Source: Lama guanicoe (taxonomy: Eukaryota). From it: DNA of 64,000 nucleotides. Numbering within the stretch: the stretch's first letter is position 1; each line of letters opens with the position of its first letter. The stretch lies in assembly GCA_013239625.1 (NCBI GenBank), contig MU053304.1, positions 2,294,001-2,358,000 of the forward strand, read 5' to 3'. The notes under the pieces are model-generated. The model worked only from the letters and a program-made list of their open reading frames with translations. It made no database searches and was not told the origin of the DNA. The position numbers were made by a program, and so were the translations under genes. Below, piece by piece: positions 36,381-48,115 of this stretch.

Positions 36381-38085
36381 ATGAACTTAGGATGCTTCAG
36401 CAAAGGCAGCATTGGTCCAGGAATTCCAGGCGATTGATGAATAAGCAACGATTCAAATTTGGGATGACAAGACTGCCAAATTATTGGCCAACCAAGCTTT
36501 TTCAATTCAGAAGAGCAATTCTAAATCTAAAGAAATGTATTATTAAAGTAATTACGTTACATTGAAATCTGCTGCTGCTGTGACTGTGAGGAGGGCGGGC
36601 GTGTGGATGGGGAGGAAAGTTCTAGACTCTCTTCTTCTTCTTCTTCTTTTTTTTTTTTTTTTTTTTATTTTCCAGTGCCTCCCTGTAGGAGATCTTCATG
36701 CCGATTTTCACCACTCCCAGGCAAATACTCTGCGGCTGTTATTTGATGGATCATTCCAACTTGCCTTATGAAACCCAACAAGAATGTTAAATGCACCTAT
36801 AAGAGCCCCAGCTGTAGGGGGAGGTGGTGAGCGCCGATGCCGCCAGGAGGCCCTCCAGGTTACAGGAACATCTCAGGCAGACCTGAGAGCTCCTCTCCCC
36901 GGGCTGGCGTCGGATTCTCTCCTCAGTGAGCACGTCAGCACAGCCTTTACCGAGCTTTACAACTAACAACCTGATAGCTGGCAGTTAATTCACAGTTACA
37001 GATAATGCTTTTATTACATAAGTGTATCCAGTAGTACCTTCTTAATGTATTCACGTCATCTATTTTCTTAGCATACTTGCAACTACTAAGAGCCCCTTTC
37101 CTCCTCCCGCCCCATCCACCCACTTTGCCCGTCCAGCCCACGCCAACATCCCTCCAGGGATGGCGTCTCCACCGACACCGCAGGCCACCAAAAGGGAAGA
37201 AAATAACCAAGCAGGTGAAAGAAACAATCAAAGCAGGCGTTTAGAACCACCACCACCACGACAGAAAGTCTGGCAAAAGGGAATGAGTCATCAGCAAGCG
37301 AACAAACTCCATGTAGGCAGTCCTGTTTTTTTCAACCTGGATTTTTGGTCACTTACGTAGTTGACGGTGTTGTCTGAGGAATCTTCCACGGCAAGCCTCA
37401 CATCTGATTTGGTACCACTAAGGAAGCCCTGCCCCATCGCTCCACGTGGCCCTCGTGTGGGGAGCAAGCTGTGCAAACTGGACTTACCTACAGAACCTCT
37501 GTCCGTTTGATTCTAAAGGAAGTCTGACCTTCTACTCTTACAACTGGATTGACATCTTAGGGTCAGTTTGGTGTTTCTAAGGAGAACGTCTCACCAGGAG
37601 AGCTTGCGTTTTCTCCCTTCCGTGGATCTTTCAATCTCATGAATGCAAAGAGTCAACATTAGGGACGTTGAAAATATTGGTTAAAATAATACATTTAAGG
37701 CCGAGCGCAGACGACTAGCTTTCCAGGTGATGCTGCTCCTTTCTTGAAGTCTCTTCTTAATCCTGGTACTAAGGTTAGGGGCTCGGGGACGCCTTCCAGA
37801 AGCCTTAAAGGAGAGTCTATCAAATTCAGCGAGCAGTGGTGTCGGTGTTCCAGTCTGTGTATCTGTGTGTCCGTGTATGCGTTTGTGTGTGTGTACGTGT
37901 GCCCCCGAAGGTGGGTTCAGTCTTAAGGCACGTAGAATAAGCATGGGGTCGAATTGAGGGGAACGCGCCTCTTGGAGATATGCTTGTTGCTTGACAACAA
38001 ATGTAAACTACTCTTTAGCATAAATGCATTCATTCTTTAATAAAAAATATGTTTGCATTAATAAAGCTGAGGCGTTTCATACTTT
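36381..38085 (+). other. PID1: PID1 3' UTR (3' end approximate)
   Basis: Follows the TGA stop, is free of recognisable interspersed repeats, and ends at two AATAAA hexamers followed by a U-rich tract. Confidence 0.75.
36631..36670 (+). repeat. (CTT)n plus poly-T microsatellite in the PID1 3' UTR
   Basis: About five CTT units followed by a run of about 20 T and atttt. Confidence 0.95.
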
Positions 38086-38105
38086 ATATGTCTTTCTTTT
38101 TTCAG
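38039..38105 (+). terminator. Tandem polyadenylation signals with U/GU-rich downstream element
   Basis: AATAAA at 38039-38044 and 38060-38065, followed by tttatatgtctttcttttttc. Confidence 0.75.
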
Positions 38106-39099
38106 GTAAAGGAAAAAAAAATAATAAAATCCCTGAAGGACAACACAGATCAAATTAAATAAATAGAGGATTATATCTAAAAATATATTAAAACTTGATC
38201 ATCAATAACTCATTACTTGATTGTGCTTTAAAAAGTCTTGTTTTATTTTCTGTTGGTCTATTTATGTTTAATTACTGCCCCTCCACTGAGATGGGAATGT
38301 CAACAATGGAAATTATTAGTTATTTAGTGTGATGGGCGTATTTCAGAGGAGAGTTTTCTGGAACATTTTGCAAATGATTATTATTTCTAAAATCTCAGGT
38401 ACCTCTTTGGAGAAGCTGCACTGAAATCGTGGAAGGTAAACACGGAGTGATTCCCTTAAACCGCAGTAATTAAAAATGTCTGCCCCATTTCTCAGAACGG
38501 CCCCATTAATCCAGCAGGGCAGGTGGCCAGGGAGCCTGGTGTCTTGAGCGAGGCTCTTCGTGGAATCAGTAACAGACATAAAGGCTTCTAAAGTGAAAAT
38601 AGAGGAACTGCTGCAGAGAGGAACTCAAGGAAGAATTACTGACTCACTCCTCTGATGAAAATGGCATTTTCTTTCAAGTCGAACTTTTCCCAATTTCAGA
38701 TTCACTCCATTGTCCTTGAATATGCTTTGAAGATGAGGAGAGAAAAAAAAGAAAGACCCCAGCCAGCATATATTTCAAAACAATGTTATTTTCCTCTCTC
38801 AGTAAAATTTGGATGGCAAGTGCACATATAGTTATTCACAGCAGAAAGCATTTGGTGGTATTTTTTCAAGGCACTAAGTGTGACGTGCTGAGTAATTGGC
38901 TCTGATAATATTGCCATGAGGTTTTTGCACAGTGCTTAGTAAGCAATTTAAAGATAAATGCGCAATGACATCTTTCAAGTAGTTAATGAAGTCTTTTGGG
39001 ACAGCCAGTACTAATTTCCCTAAGAGGGGTGATTCAGACTTGCACTATCATTTTTTAAGCTTTATTTCCTTGCTTTCTATACTATGCTTTTTATACTGA

Positions 39100-39300
39100 T
39101 GCTCACAAAACACTTTTGTGGACATTAACTCCTAAGCCCCTCAGAAGGATCCTGTAGGTGAACATGGCGGTTCCTTTAAGGACAAGGAAACTGAGGTTCA
39201 GAGATGTTGCATAACTTGGCCAAGGCAGCCCAGCAAGGCAGCAAGCACAGCTGGGGCATGTTTGATGGAGACTAAAACCCTCTGACTTCTGATCCAGGGC
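39100..39300 (-). mobile_element. MIR SINE
   Basis: aaggaaactgaggttcagagatgttgcataacttggccaagg. Confidence 0.7.
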
Positions 39301-39619
39301 TGTTGCTCTGTTTCGGATATTTTGTTTCCATTCCTCTTAAAACCCTCTTGCTTATTTTATATTAGCATACTAAGCCACTGTAAATAAACATCCTTTGCTA
39401 TTCATTTTTGAAGTATTTTTTATAGCAATAGAAAGGGTTTTAAAAGCAAACAAAGGCCCAAGTTTTATTTGAGCACACATAGCAGAATGTGAGATTTTGC
39501 TTCAGTATTTGATTGGCTGTGGTCAATGGGCAAAATACTCTCTCCACCACTAAAGAACCAAGACGGCTGTTTTGTTTTCTTCTTCTCAGGGCACGTTAAA
39601 AGTTCGAATCAAATCTTTC

Positions 39620-39850
39620 TATCACCAGATTCTATAGCATCCTGTGATTTCCTTTCATGTCATTCACTGACGTTTTCAATAATGTATTTATTTCTATAAT
39701 TGTGTGAATATCTGTTTAAGCATTCTGGGGTGGAAGTGTCTTTAAGACGGGGATTTTATTCCTTTTGTTTATGTTTTATTTCCATCTTTTATCACGGGGC
39801 CAGGCACCTGGGGGAACTCAGCAAGTTTCTGTGAGCAGGATGGAGAGAGG
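39620..39850 (+). mobile_element. L2 3' end
   Basis: ...caggcacctgggggaactcagcaagtttctgtgag, a decayed L2 tail. Confidence 0.5.
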
Positions 39851-41295
39851 GATAGACAGATGGAAGGGAAAAAATGACCATATGAATCTTGGATTTTCAA
39901 GTTCCAGCACAGAATTCTGGAATCCTGGAATGAACCCTAGAGGTGCTCTTGCCCACTTTCTTCAAAGGGGAACAAATGTCTTTTTTTACTGAAGAAAAAC
40001 ACCGTTCCTTACCTAATTCCAGAACAAGTTTGTGGCTGCTTAGAGATAGAAATGTTCCACGCAAGCTGTATGATGGAAATAGAGCAAACGCTACCCCAAG
40101 GACATAGATAATGCATTTTAAGTCACCTGCATTTAGTAGATTGCAGAATTCTTGTCATTCATTTGATTTTGTTTATTCCTGTGGCTGAAAAAGAAGAAAG
40201 TGATGGAAGAGGGCGCTTTTATCTTGACAGTGTGAAGCCTAAGAACTTAACTGTTTCCCCCAAATTTATACTTCAGAGAACATTTTTTTTCTTTGTCTTC
40301 TCTTCTGCTTTTTTCCACTTGGCCTTTCTCCCCTCCTCCCTTAACTATTTACTTATGTACATAATGCCATCCCAGACAATCTGTGATTCTAGCAGGGAAG
40401 AGCATGTATGCTCTGCATCTGAGATCCTATGTTTTGGTCCGTGATCCATTGATGAAAAATTTGACAAGGTTGTTGAACCCTGTGGATTATCCTAAATTGC
40501 TCTTATTTGTTATTTTTTCAGTCAAATAGAATATGATGACACTTTAATTCTTCATAGCTTACTATTTCTTTCTTAGGTACGCCTAAAGTGTGCTATCTCC
40601 TCACTCCTAGAAATGCCCTTGACTAAACTGCAGCGAAGGAGTAGGTTCCCCTAACTGTCAGATTCTTACTGGTCTTCAAGAAATGTGCTTGTTAGATACC
40701 AAGACCTGGCTTTTGGAGTAATTTTATGGGATGCGTTGTTCAACTGAAGAACTTTAGCCGCTGCTTCTGAAGAGGTTCCAGCTGGTAATTGTCACCAGAA
40801 AAGAACTGTTTGTGGCATAAATTCAGGCTTAGAAAGAATAACAACGAATGGGTAAAGCGAATTGCTAAGAGGAGGAAAAATCGAAACCATCTCATTTTGC
40901 ACATTTACAAATAAACGATTTTTGTTGAAAATGACTCTAAGATACGATCTTCTAAGCCTGAGCAAAGCTGACGTTCACAGAGAGATTTAGGGGGCTCTTT
41001 CTTATGGAATGTCCTAGTAAGATTATCTTGGGTTTTGGTTTTACACCCAGAATTAGGTTTTCCAACAGAATTCGGAATAGTTTTTGCCTAGGAAACTTAC
41101 TGACTTTCACTTAGAAACAGTCTCAAGTTCCTACTTTTCAATTGTTTGGCTTAGAGGCTGCTAGAAGAAGATGCTGAAATAGTCTGAAAATGGAATTACT
41201 GAAGTGTTACACACACTGTCAACCCCTTCATAAAAATTCCCAATAATTGTCAGTGCTTTCATAACCACAGCTTCATTTAACAACTATGTGTATGT

Positions 41296-41392
41296 GGGGG
41301 GTAATTAGGTTTATTTATTTATTTTTAGAGGAAGTAATGGGACCTCATGTATGCTGAGCATGCGCTTTACCACTTGAGCTATGCCCTCCCCC
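41296..41392 (-). mobile_element. vic-1-like tRNA SINE with an internal deletion removing the B box
   Basis: Minus strand GGGGGAGGGCATAGCTCAAGTGGTAAAGCGCATGCTCAGCATACATGAGGTCC|CATTACTTCC...(AAAT)n ACCTAATTACCCCCC. The GGGTTCAA segment of the 7419-7550 copy is absent. Confidence 0.8.
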
Positions 41393-41657
41393 TAATAACT
41401 TCTTTCTTAATAAAAAATGGTTTTAATCCTTTTATCTAAACATACGTATTAGACAGATGCTGAATCCGTTGAAAACATGTGATTTGTGAAATAAACGTGA
41501 TGCTACGCGGCATGCTTGATTTCCAATCTGTCATTGTGTGGCAGCAGTTGCCTTTCCAGAGCATCCCTTATCCTTGGAGGGCAAAGCTTAGGAGAAACAT
41601 TTAAGGAAATACCTACTTGCAAGGAAGAGCCAAGAGTTGACTCCATTCCAGGCTCAC

Positions 41658-41796
41658 TTTTTTTTTTTTAAATAGATTTATTGAGATACTACTCATAGTC
41701 CATACAATTCATACACTTAAAGTATAAATTCAATTTTTTTTTGACTATATTCACAGATATATGCAACCATCACTACAGTCAATTTTAGACCATTTC
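41658..41796 (-). mobile_element. L1 3' terminal fragment with poly(A)
   Basis: T-run then tttattgagata...catacaattc...ttaaagtataaattcaa...atgcaaccatcactacagtcaattttag. Confidence 0.8.
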
Positions 41797-41799
41797 TTG

Positions 41800-41914
41800 A
41801 GGGAGGAGATAACTAGGTTTATTTATTTTTTGAAGGAGCTACTGGGCATTGAACTCAGGGCCTCGTGCATGCTAGGCACACACTGTACCACTGAACTCTA
41901 CCCTCCTTCCCCCC
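41800..41914 (-). mobile_element. vic-1-like tRNA SINE (more diverged copy)
   Basis: ctaggtttatttatttttt...actgggcattgaactcagggcctcgtgcatgctaggcacacactgtaccactgaactctaccctcc. Confidence 0.82.
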
Positions 41915-43204
41915 ACGGTCACTTTTTAATGTCAGTTTGGGGCCAACTGAGACCAAGGCTCGTCACAGTTTTGAGCATAGTTGTTCGGATACCAATTTTG
42001 CACAGAAAAAAAATCTAACAATAAAATTTTTTATGTTCATAATTGGATTACCCTCATATAGATGCTATTATGGGTATAAACACATTTTAATTGGGGAGCT
42101 TAGGATGGAATTAGACCTTTAATTCAGCCTTTTGCCAAATTACCTTATTGCCTTTCTCCATTTTAATTGCAACAGTTTTGCCTAGAATTTAGATCCACAC
42201 TCTTAGTACAGTAAACCCTCATTAATTTAGCTGGAACTAATTAGTAGTTTGTGCTTTTGGCCTTGAAAGCTTCACTTTTATGCTTATTTTTAATAAGCAA
42301 ATAAATAGGATGAATTAACATTGTTATTGGAAATATTTGCCTACTTGGGAAAACACTGCTTCTGCATATTCTAATAACAATTTACTAGACATAGTATAAT
42401 TTCAGCATAAGTAGAAGCTGGTACAATTGAAAGTAAGATTTTGATGTGCTGATTTCAAGCTATTCTTGATTTATTAAAGTGGGTTCTCCACAAAGCAACA
42501 GATGGTTAATGCAATTCTGGGATTCAGAGCCCTTGAAAGTTAAAAAAAAAAATCCTCTTTTAAAAAAATATGCATCATTTACATACATCTTTACTTTCAG
42601 CCAGTATAAATATTTGGTCTTATTAACCACAATCTCCCCATCCCACCAAAAAACTTAGAGTGACTGACTCTTCTTGTTTCTCATAGACACATTGCTATTA
42701 AAATAATTGAAAATGAAGATTTTTTTGAACATTAAACTAATAATTTTGCTACTAGTTCTTTTTTCGAAATTATCAAGATGCTAAATCTTTGTGAATCACC
42801 TTTAGAAGCATAGTACCTCATCAAGATCACATAAAAAGTCAGTCATTACCAAATTATATTTAGTAGTCTGGTTTGTACATAAAGTTTAACATTTAATAAT
42901 TTTTCAGATCTGTGAATGGCTTGATGACTTGAAGTGGTCACCACCCATCTGATCATCATATTAGCTCTGTCTGAGTGACATATGAGATTCCGAAGGTGAT
43001 AGCACATGGAATGGAGCCTGTGATTGGAGGCCGGTGGGCAGCATTGGAAACCAGCCCACGTTCCTGTAGTGTGCTCTTTGGCATGAGGAGTGGTGTTGGT
43101 CCAGAGCAAGAGGCACCTTTTTGCAATCCATCAGCCGAGAGAGGTGCTTTCATGTAATTATCTTCTCAGACAGTACATGATTTTTCTATCAGCGTAGAAA
43201 CTTA

Positions 43205-43476
43205 TTTTTTCCTTTCCATATTCTTTTTTTTTCCTTTTCATATTTTTTTTAATTGAAGTACAGTCAGTTACAATGTGTCAATTTCTGGTGTGCAGCACAG
43301 TGTCCCAGTCATGCATATACATGCACATATTCATTTTCATACTGTTTTTCATTAAAGGTTATTACAATATATTGAATATAGTTCCCTGAATATAGAAGAA
43401 ATTTGATTTTTTAAATCTATTTTTTTATATGGTGGCTAACATTTGCAAATCTCAAACTCCCAAATTTATCCCTTCT
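43205..43476 (-). mobile_element. Lineage-specific L1 3' end
   Basis: ttttaattgaagtacagtcagttacaatgtgtcaatttctggtgtgcagcac...atattgaatatagttccctg...caaactcccaaatttatccct. Confidence 0.88.
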
Positions 43477-44544
43477 TTTTCATGGTTCACCTTAAAATAG
43501 CAGTCATGCATTTTACCTGTATCTTGGTTTTTAATGTATTTTTTTTTCAGACACATGAAACATTGGACACATACTACACCACATGTTTCACAAACCAAAA
43601 GAAGGCACACAAGGACCACTGGCGACCTGAGGGACCATCAGTAACTCTTAAGATCACATTTTGGAGAAGACCATCTAATCTGAAGGTGCCTAACTTTTAG
43701 ACTTAGAATTAAAGCAATCGCAAGCTTTGAGTCATCACATTCTAAGTGTTATTGTATGAAAAATTGTGTGTTAAAGAATCAAAAGCATTGTTTCCTGAGA
43801 GCTGTTTCTTCTCTATTACTCTTGAAGGAAAGATGTGATGCATTGCACACATTAGGCAGCCTCAGAAAATGGAGGAAAAAACTATCTGGGGGACCCCAGG
43901 GATGCCAGACAGCCCTGGCACCTGGAGGTAAACCCTGACATCACTCTTGGCCTGAGGTGGACCTCCAGGGCGAAAGTCTTCTTTATTTTTCCTATTATTA
44001 CAACCCTGTCCTTGACACAAGCCTTTCCCATGGCTGGAAGTGTCATGGCGGAAGTGGGCTGATGTCAAAAACCAGCAACTCCTTAAGAAGAGAGGAAATA
44101 GCCCTGCATCACCCACAATCTGGTTTCAGTCAGACCAGCTCTGTGTCCTCAGATTTTTGGTCTTCTGTCAGCCAAGTGCCTCCTGAGAGCACTGTATGCC
44201 TGAAAGGCCATGGTGACAGGAAGCTCTCTAGATGACTCACTTATTTCCGTGCGAGGGAGGACAACCAGCTTTTGATTGAACACAGCATCTCCAGTCCCAC
44301 CGCCCTTCACACCTCCGGAGTCACGAAGTTTATTGAACAGGTTTCTGTTCTAAAACTCAAATTTGATGATGCCAGACTTTTGCTCAAAATCTTTCCACGA
44401 CCTCCTCATTGCCTGCAAGGTAACCTAGCTCACGTCCTCCCTCCCTCCTTCCCTTCCTGTGCTCCGGCCTTAATTTTGTAGGTGAGCAGGATAAATGAGC
44501 TCCTTCACAAGCTGGTTTTCACCTGCTCCTCCAGCCTCAGATTG

Positions 44545-44700
44545 AAACCCTTGTTCTGCGTTGCCCTGGGAAAAGAACTTAACGTTTCAGGCCTCAGTTT
44601 CCTCATCTGTTAAATGAGAATAGTAGGTGCCTGACCCATGGAGTTGCCATGTGAGTTGAACTAGAGACCGTGTGTGAAGACCTTAGCCACGGGCTGCTGC
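44545..44700 (+). mobile_element. MIR SINE
   Basis: gcctcagtttcctcatctgttaaatgagaatagtagg. Confidence 0.75.
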
Positions 44701-44984
44701 CCTTCGGGCTGCTCAGTTAATGCTACTATTTGGAGGTTTTTATTTTCGCCTCTCACTCCTTCACAGGGACCTTTTGGATAGCCTAAAGAATTCTTTGCAG
44801 TTCTCCCAAAGTATCCCGCTCCCCTCTTTGCCGATTCTGCTCCTTCCTCCAGGCTCCTACAGACTTGGGAAGGCACTTTTACAACCGCCTTCACACGAGG
44901 CTATTTGCTCGCTTCTAAGTTGACTCCACCCCTGATCTGAGAGCTCTTGGAGCAATGCTGGCCTGTGGATCTAGCCTGACAACA

Positions 44985-45245
44985 GCACATGCAATTTAAA
45001 ACATTTTAATAGTCAGATGAAAGCAATGGAAAATAAAGAAGTGATGTTAATTTTAATAATAACCTTTATTTAACCAAAATAGCTAAAATATTATCATTTC
45101 AACACCTAATCAATATAAAATGCATTAAAGAGATATTTCACATTCTTGCATGCAAATCTTTGGTACTCAGTACATGTTTTCACTCTACAGCACATCAGAT
45201 GCATGATTAGCCACATCTGACGGGCGCTGTTTGAGACCACACAGT
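44985..45245. mobile_element. MER33-like hAT-Charlie DNA transposon
   Basis: ttaattttaataataacctttatttaaccaaaatagctaaaatattatcatttcaacacctaatcaatataaaa...cagcacatc...tagccacat. Confidence 0.75.
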
Positions 45246-45379
45246 CCCAGAGGGTGAGGACTATGGCCTGAGCCTCTCTTTGTCCACAGAGCCCATCTCA
45301 GTCGCTGATACACAGAAGGGCTTGTAAATGCTGGTTAAATGAATAAAGCAGTGAACTCACACAACCCCGTTACGTATGT

Positions 45380-45829
45380 AAGGGTATTTGCTTGCCAACA
45401 AAGTAACACACAGTGAGTGGTTTAAACAGCTGTGGCCTCACAATTCTGGAAGCTAGAAGGCTGAGATCAAGGTGTTGGCAAGGTTGGTTCCTTCTGAGGC
45501 TGTGAGGAAGAATCCATGCCATGCCTCTCCTCTAACTTTTGGTTGTTGGCTGGCAGCCTTTGGCAATCCTTGACTGCTGCTCTGTCACCTTGCTCTGTGT
45601 CTCCATGTTCACATGGCCTTTTCCTTCTGTGTCTCTGTGTGTGTGTCTACTTCTCTGTCTCCAAATCCCCCTTCTTTGATAAGGACACCAATCATACTGG
45701 ATTAAGCCTTTATCATAACTAATTGCAACCGCAACGACCCTGTTTCCAAATAAGGGTACATTCTGAGGTCCTCAGGATGAGGATTTCAACATACGAATTT
45801 GAGAATTGGGCACAATTCAACCTATAACA
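45380..45829. mobile_element. MLT1 (MaLR) solo LTR
   Basis: cacaattctggaagctagaaggctgagatcaaggtgttggcaaggttggttccttctgaggctgtgagg...tttccaaataagg...cacaattcaacctataaca. Confidence 0.88.
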
Positions 45830-47284
45830 TTAAGGCAGGTAATAGCATTGTTTTCAGAGCTCATGGTCAGAGGAGCAGAGCAGGGCTCCACCTCAGATTG
45901 CTCTACTCTAACTCAACACTTTTTCTCCTCCTGCTGCTGCAGGGAGCCCTCTGTCTGACCTTGGTTTCTCTTGGTCAGCCAAGGTTGTGGTTGGGTTATC
46001 AAGGCCAAAGCAGGCAGTCCTTTGAAGTATGTTTTCATTTAAATGTTTTGAATTTTCTTGTGAAATAAAACTAACATGGTTCTCAAGTACACACGTATTT
46101 CAAGGAGATGAAATTCCCTTGAATTTGCCCTTTCCCATCTTCCATTTCTCTATCGTAATTGTTTCCTTTTATCGTGTTGGTGTCTGATAATCACTGGTTT
46201 GGGTTGTCCGCTGAGGGAAATGAGGTTGTGAGCAAAAAGCAATTTGAGGACTAAAAAAATAAGAACGTTTGAAACAGGCAGGATGGCTCTTTCTGTGTGT
46301 GGCAACATGAGCCAAGACTTATGGCCAAGCTTTCCAGGCCAACCTTGGTCTAAGCCAATGCCTTCATGGAGCTCCTGGTGTTTTTCATTGGGAATTGGTG
46401 TTTTCCAGGCATCACAGGGTGATCCAACCAAAATCCCCACATCACAAAAAGAAGAAGCCTTTGAAGGCCACAATTTGTGATTTGCCAGTAACATGGGGGT
46501 TGTGGTGCCTGTCCATGTCTGCAGCTCCAGGTCACGTGGTTGTGCCTCACTTTTTCTTGTAAGCATGTGCTCCGTGCCATACTGAAGAGTCAGATTCCCC
46601 GGCTTTACTGTAGAACGTCTTTCCGCAGCATTTAAAGAGCTGTTTCAATGCCACCCTGTTAAGATAAGCCCATACCAGTATTCCACTGGCCAGCAACCAA
46701 AGAACTTCTGTGCAGCTGGGAGAATTTATTACAGAAAATTATTTTCCAGGCTGATTATTCAATTCTTTTTTTTAAAGGTCAGACTTTGTTCTATTATGAT
46801 TAAAGTTTCCTTTTAATAAATTGCCTTTTTCTCCACAATGGGCTTTCCTCCGAGAACTTGGGAAACTTTTTTCTTTCTCCTTTTCTCTGAAAAATTAATG
46901 AGCCTTGCAATTCCTTTCAACATAATAGTATCGGTCGTGCTGAAGTTTCTCTTTGTTTTTAGGCAAATCCAGCTGACACTAGAATGAGGCTAGTCTCAGT
47001 TGGTGGCTCTCTTAGGAGACACTGAAGTGCTATGGCATGAGATTTGAGATGATGCAGTCTAGGCTTTCTTTTCTAGGCTCACAATATCCTAGAAAAGGGA
47101 AACACGGGAATGCACATTTGCAGGTTCTTCCTGAATGCGTTGGTGGAGTGAGAGTCAGGTGCAAGATGGTGACTGACAAGTTATTTCATTCAGGCTCCAT
47201 ACTGTCCGTTGGTCACTCTGTGGACTCCACCAAAGGCTGAGGGGGCAGTTTAAAGAGAGAAGAGGATTTTGAAGGAAATAAAAT

Positions 47285-47500
47285 AATAAGAGCTAATACT
47301 TTTAAGCACCTAAAATGTGCAAGACCTTTAAATACACCATCTTACTCATACAACCCCACATGGTCAGAATTCTTATTCCCTCATTATGGATAAAGAGTTG
47401 ATTTTGAAAATGCTTTAGGAAGTTGGCTGAAGCCCACAATTACTAGGAAGCAAACTTTGGACTGAACCTGGGACGCTCTGACCCCCAAACCTACAATTTA
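47285..47500 (-). mobile_element. MIR SINE
   Basis: aataataagagctaatactttt aagcacctaaaatgtgc...ttattccctcattatggataaag. Confidence 0.55.
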
Positions 47501-47934
47501 CCTACATGCTTCAAGGACGCACTCAAGTCACTTCCACCTGCAATGGTCCAACCACCTGGACTTTGGGTCTCCCAGATTGAGTCCCAAACTTCTCCGCCAG
47601 ATCAGAGTGGCTCATGCTCAGACCTGAGGACCTAGTGGGTCAGTCTGGCCGTTAATGACTTCTCCAGCCTCACTTTCAACACTTGTGCAGCCAGCAAGCC
47701 CGCATGATGACTTGTCACCAATAGGGCCCCTTTTCCCAAAACCAAAACGCTTAACTTCCCTTGGACAATTTTGATGGTTCTTTCTGATCCCTTCCCTGAT
47801 ACTCAAGTGTATTTCTCTGGTCTAATTAGAACATACATTTCAGTCCTCCCCTCCTATTCACTTCAGAATCTGAACCTTGAGCCTGAATCATGAGAGATTT
47901 AAATGAGATAAAAACAGAAGTGAATATTTTATCG

Positions 47935-48115
47935 AGGGCTTACCATTGATCAGGATTTAAACTTTTTATGGTCATTTTTAATGTTATGCCTCACAAAATC
48001 CATATGCAGAGGGGACTATTATCCTTATTTTATAGTTGAGGGAAGTTAAGTTTAGAGAGGTATTTGCTAAGTGTCACTATTCCAGGGAGCCAGTCTGAAT
48101 CTTGAGTCCACATGT
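47935..48115 (-). mobile_element. MIR SINE
   Basis: actattatccttattttatagttgagggaagttaagtttagagagg. Confidence 0.6.

Noticed and set aside
35997..36505. Antisense ORFs (109 aa and 99 aa) overlapping the PID1 exon
   Set aside because: Expected shadow ORFs of a GC3-rich coding strand, with no independent gene signals.
38092..38112. Recursive-splice-like ttttttcag|gtaaag
   Set aside because: Lies just past the poly(A) signals and is better explained as the U-rich downstream element.
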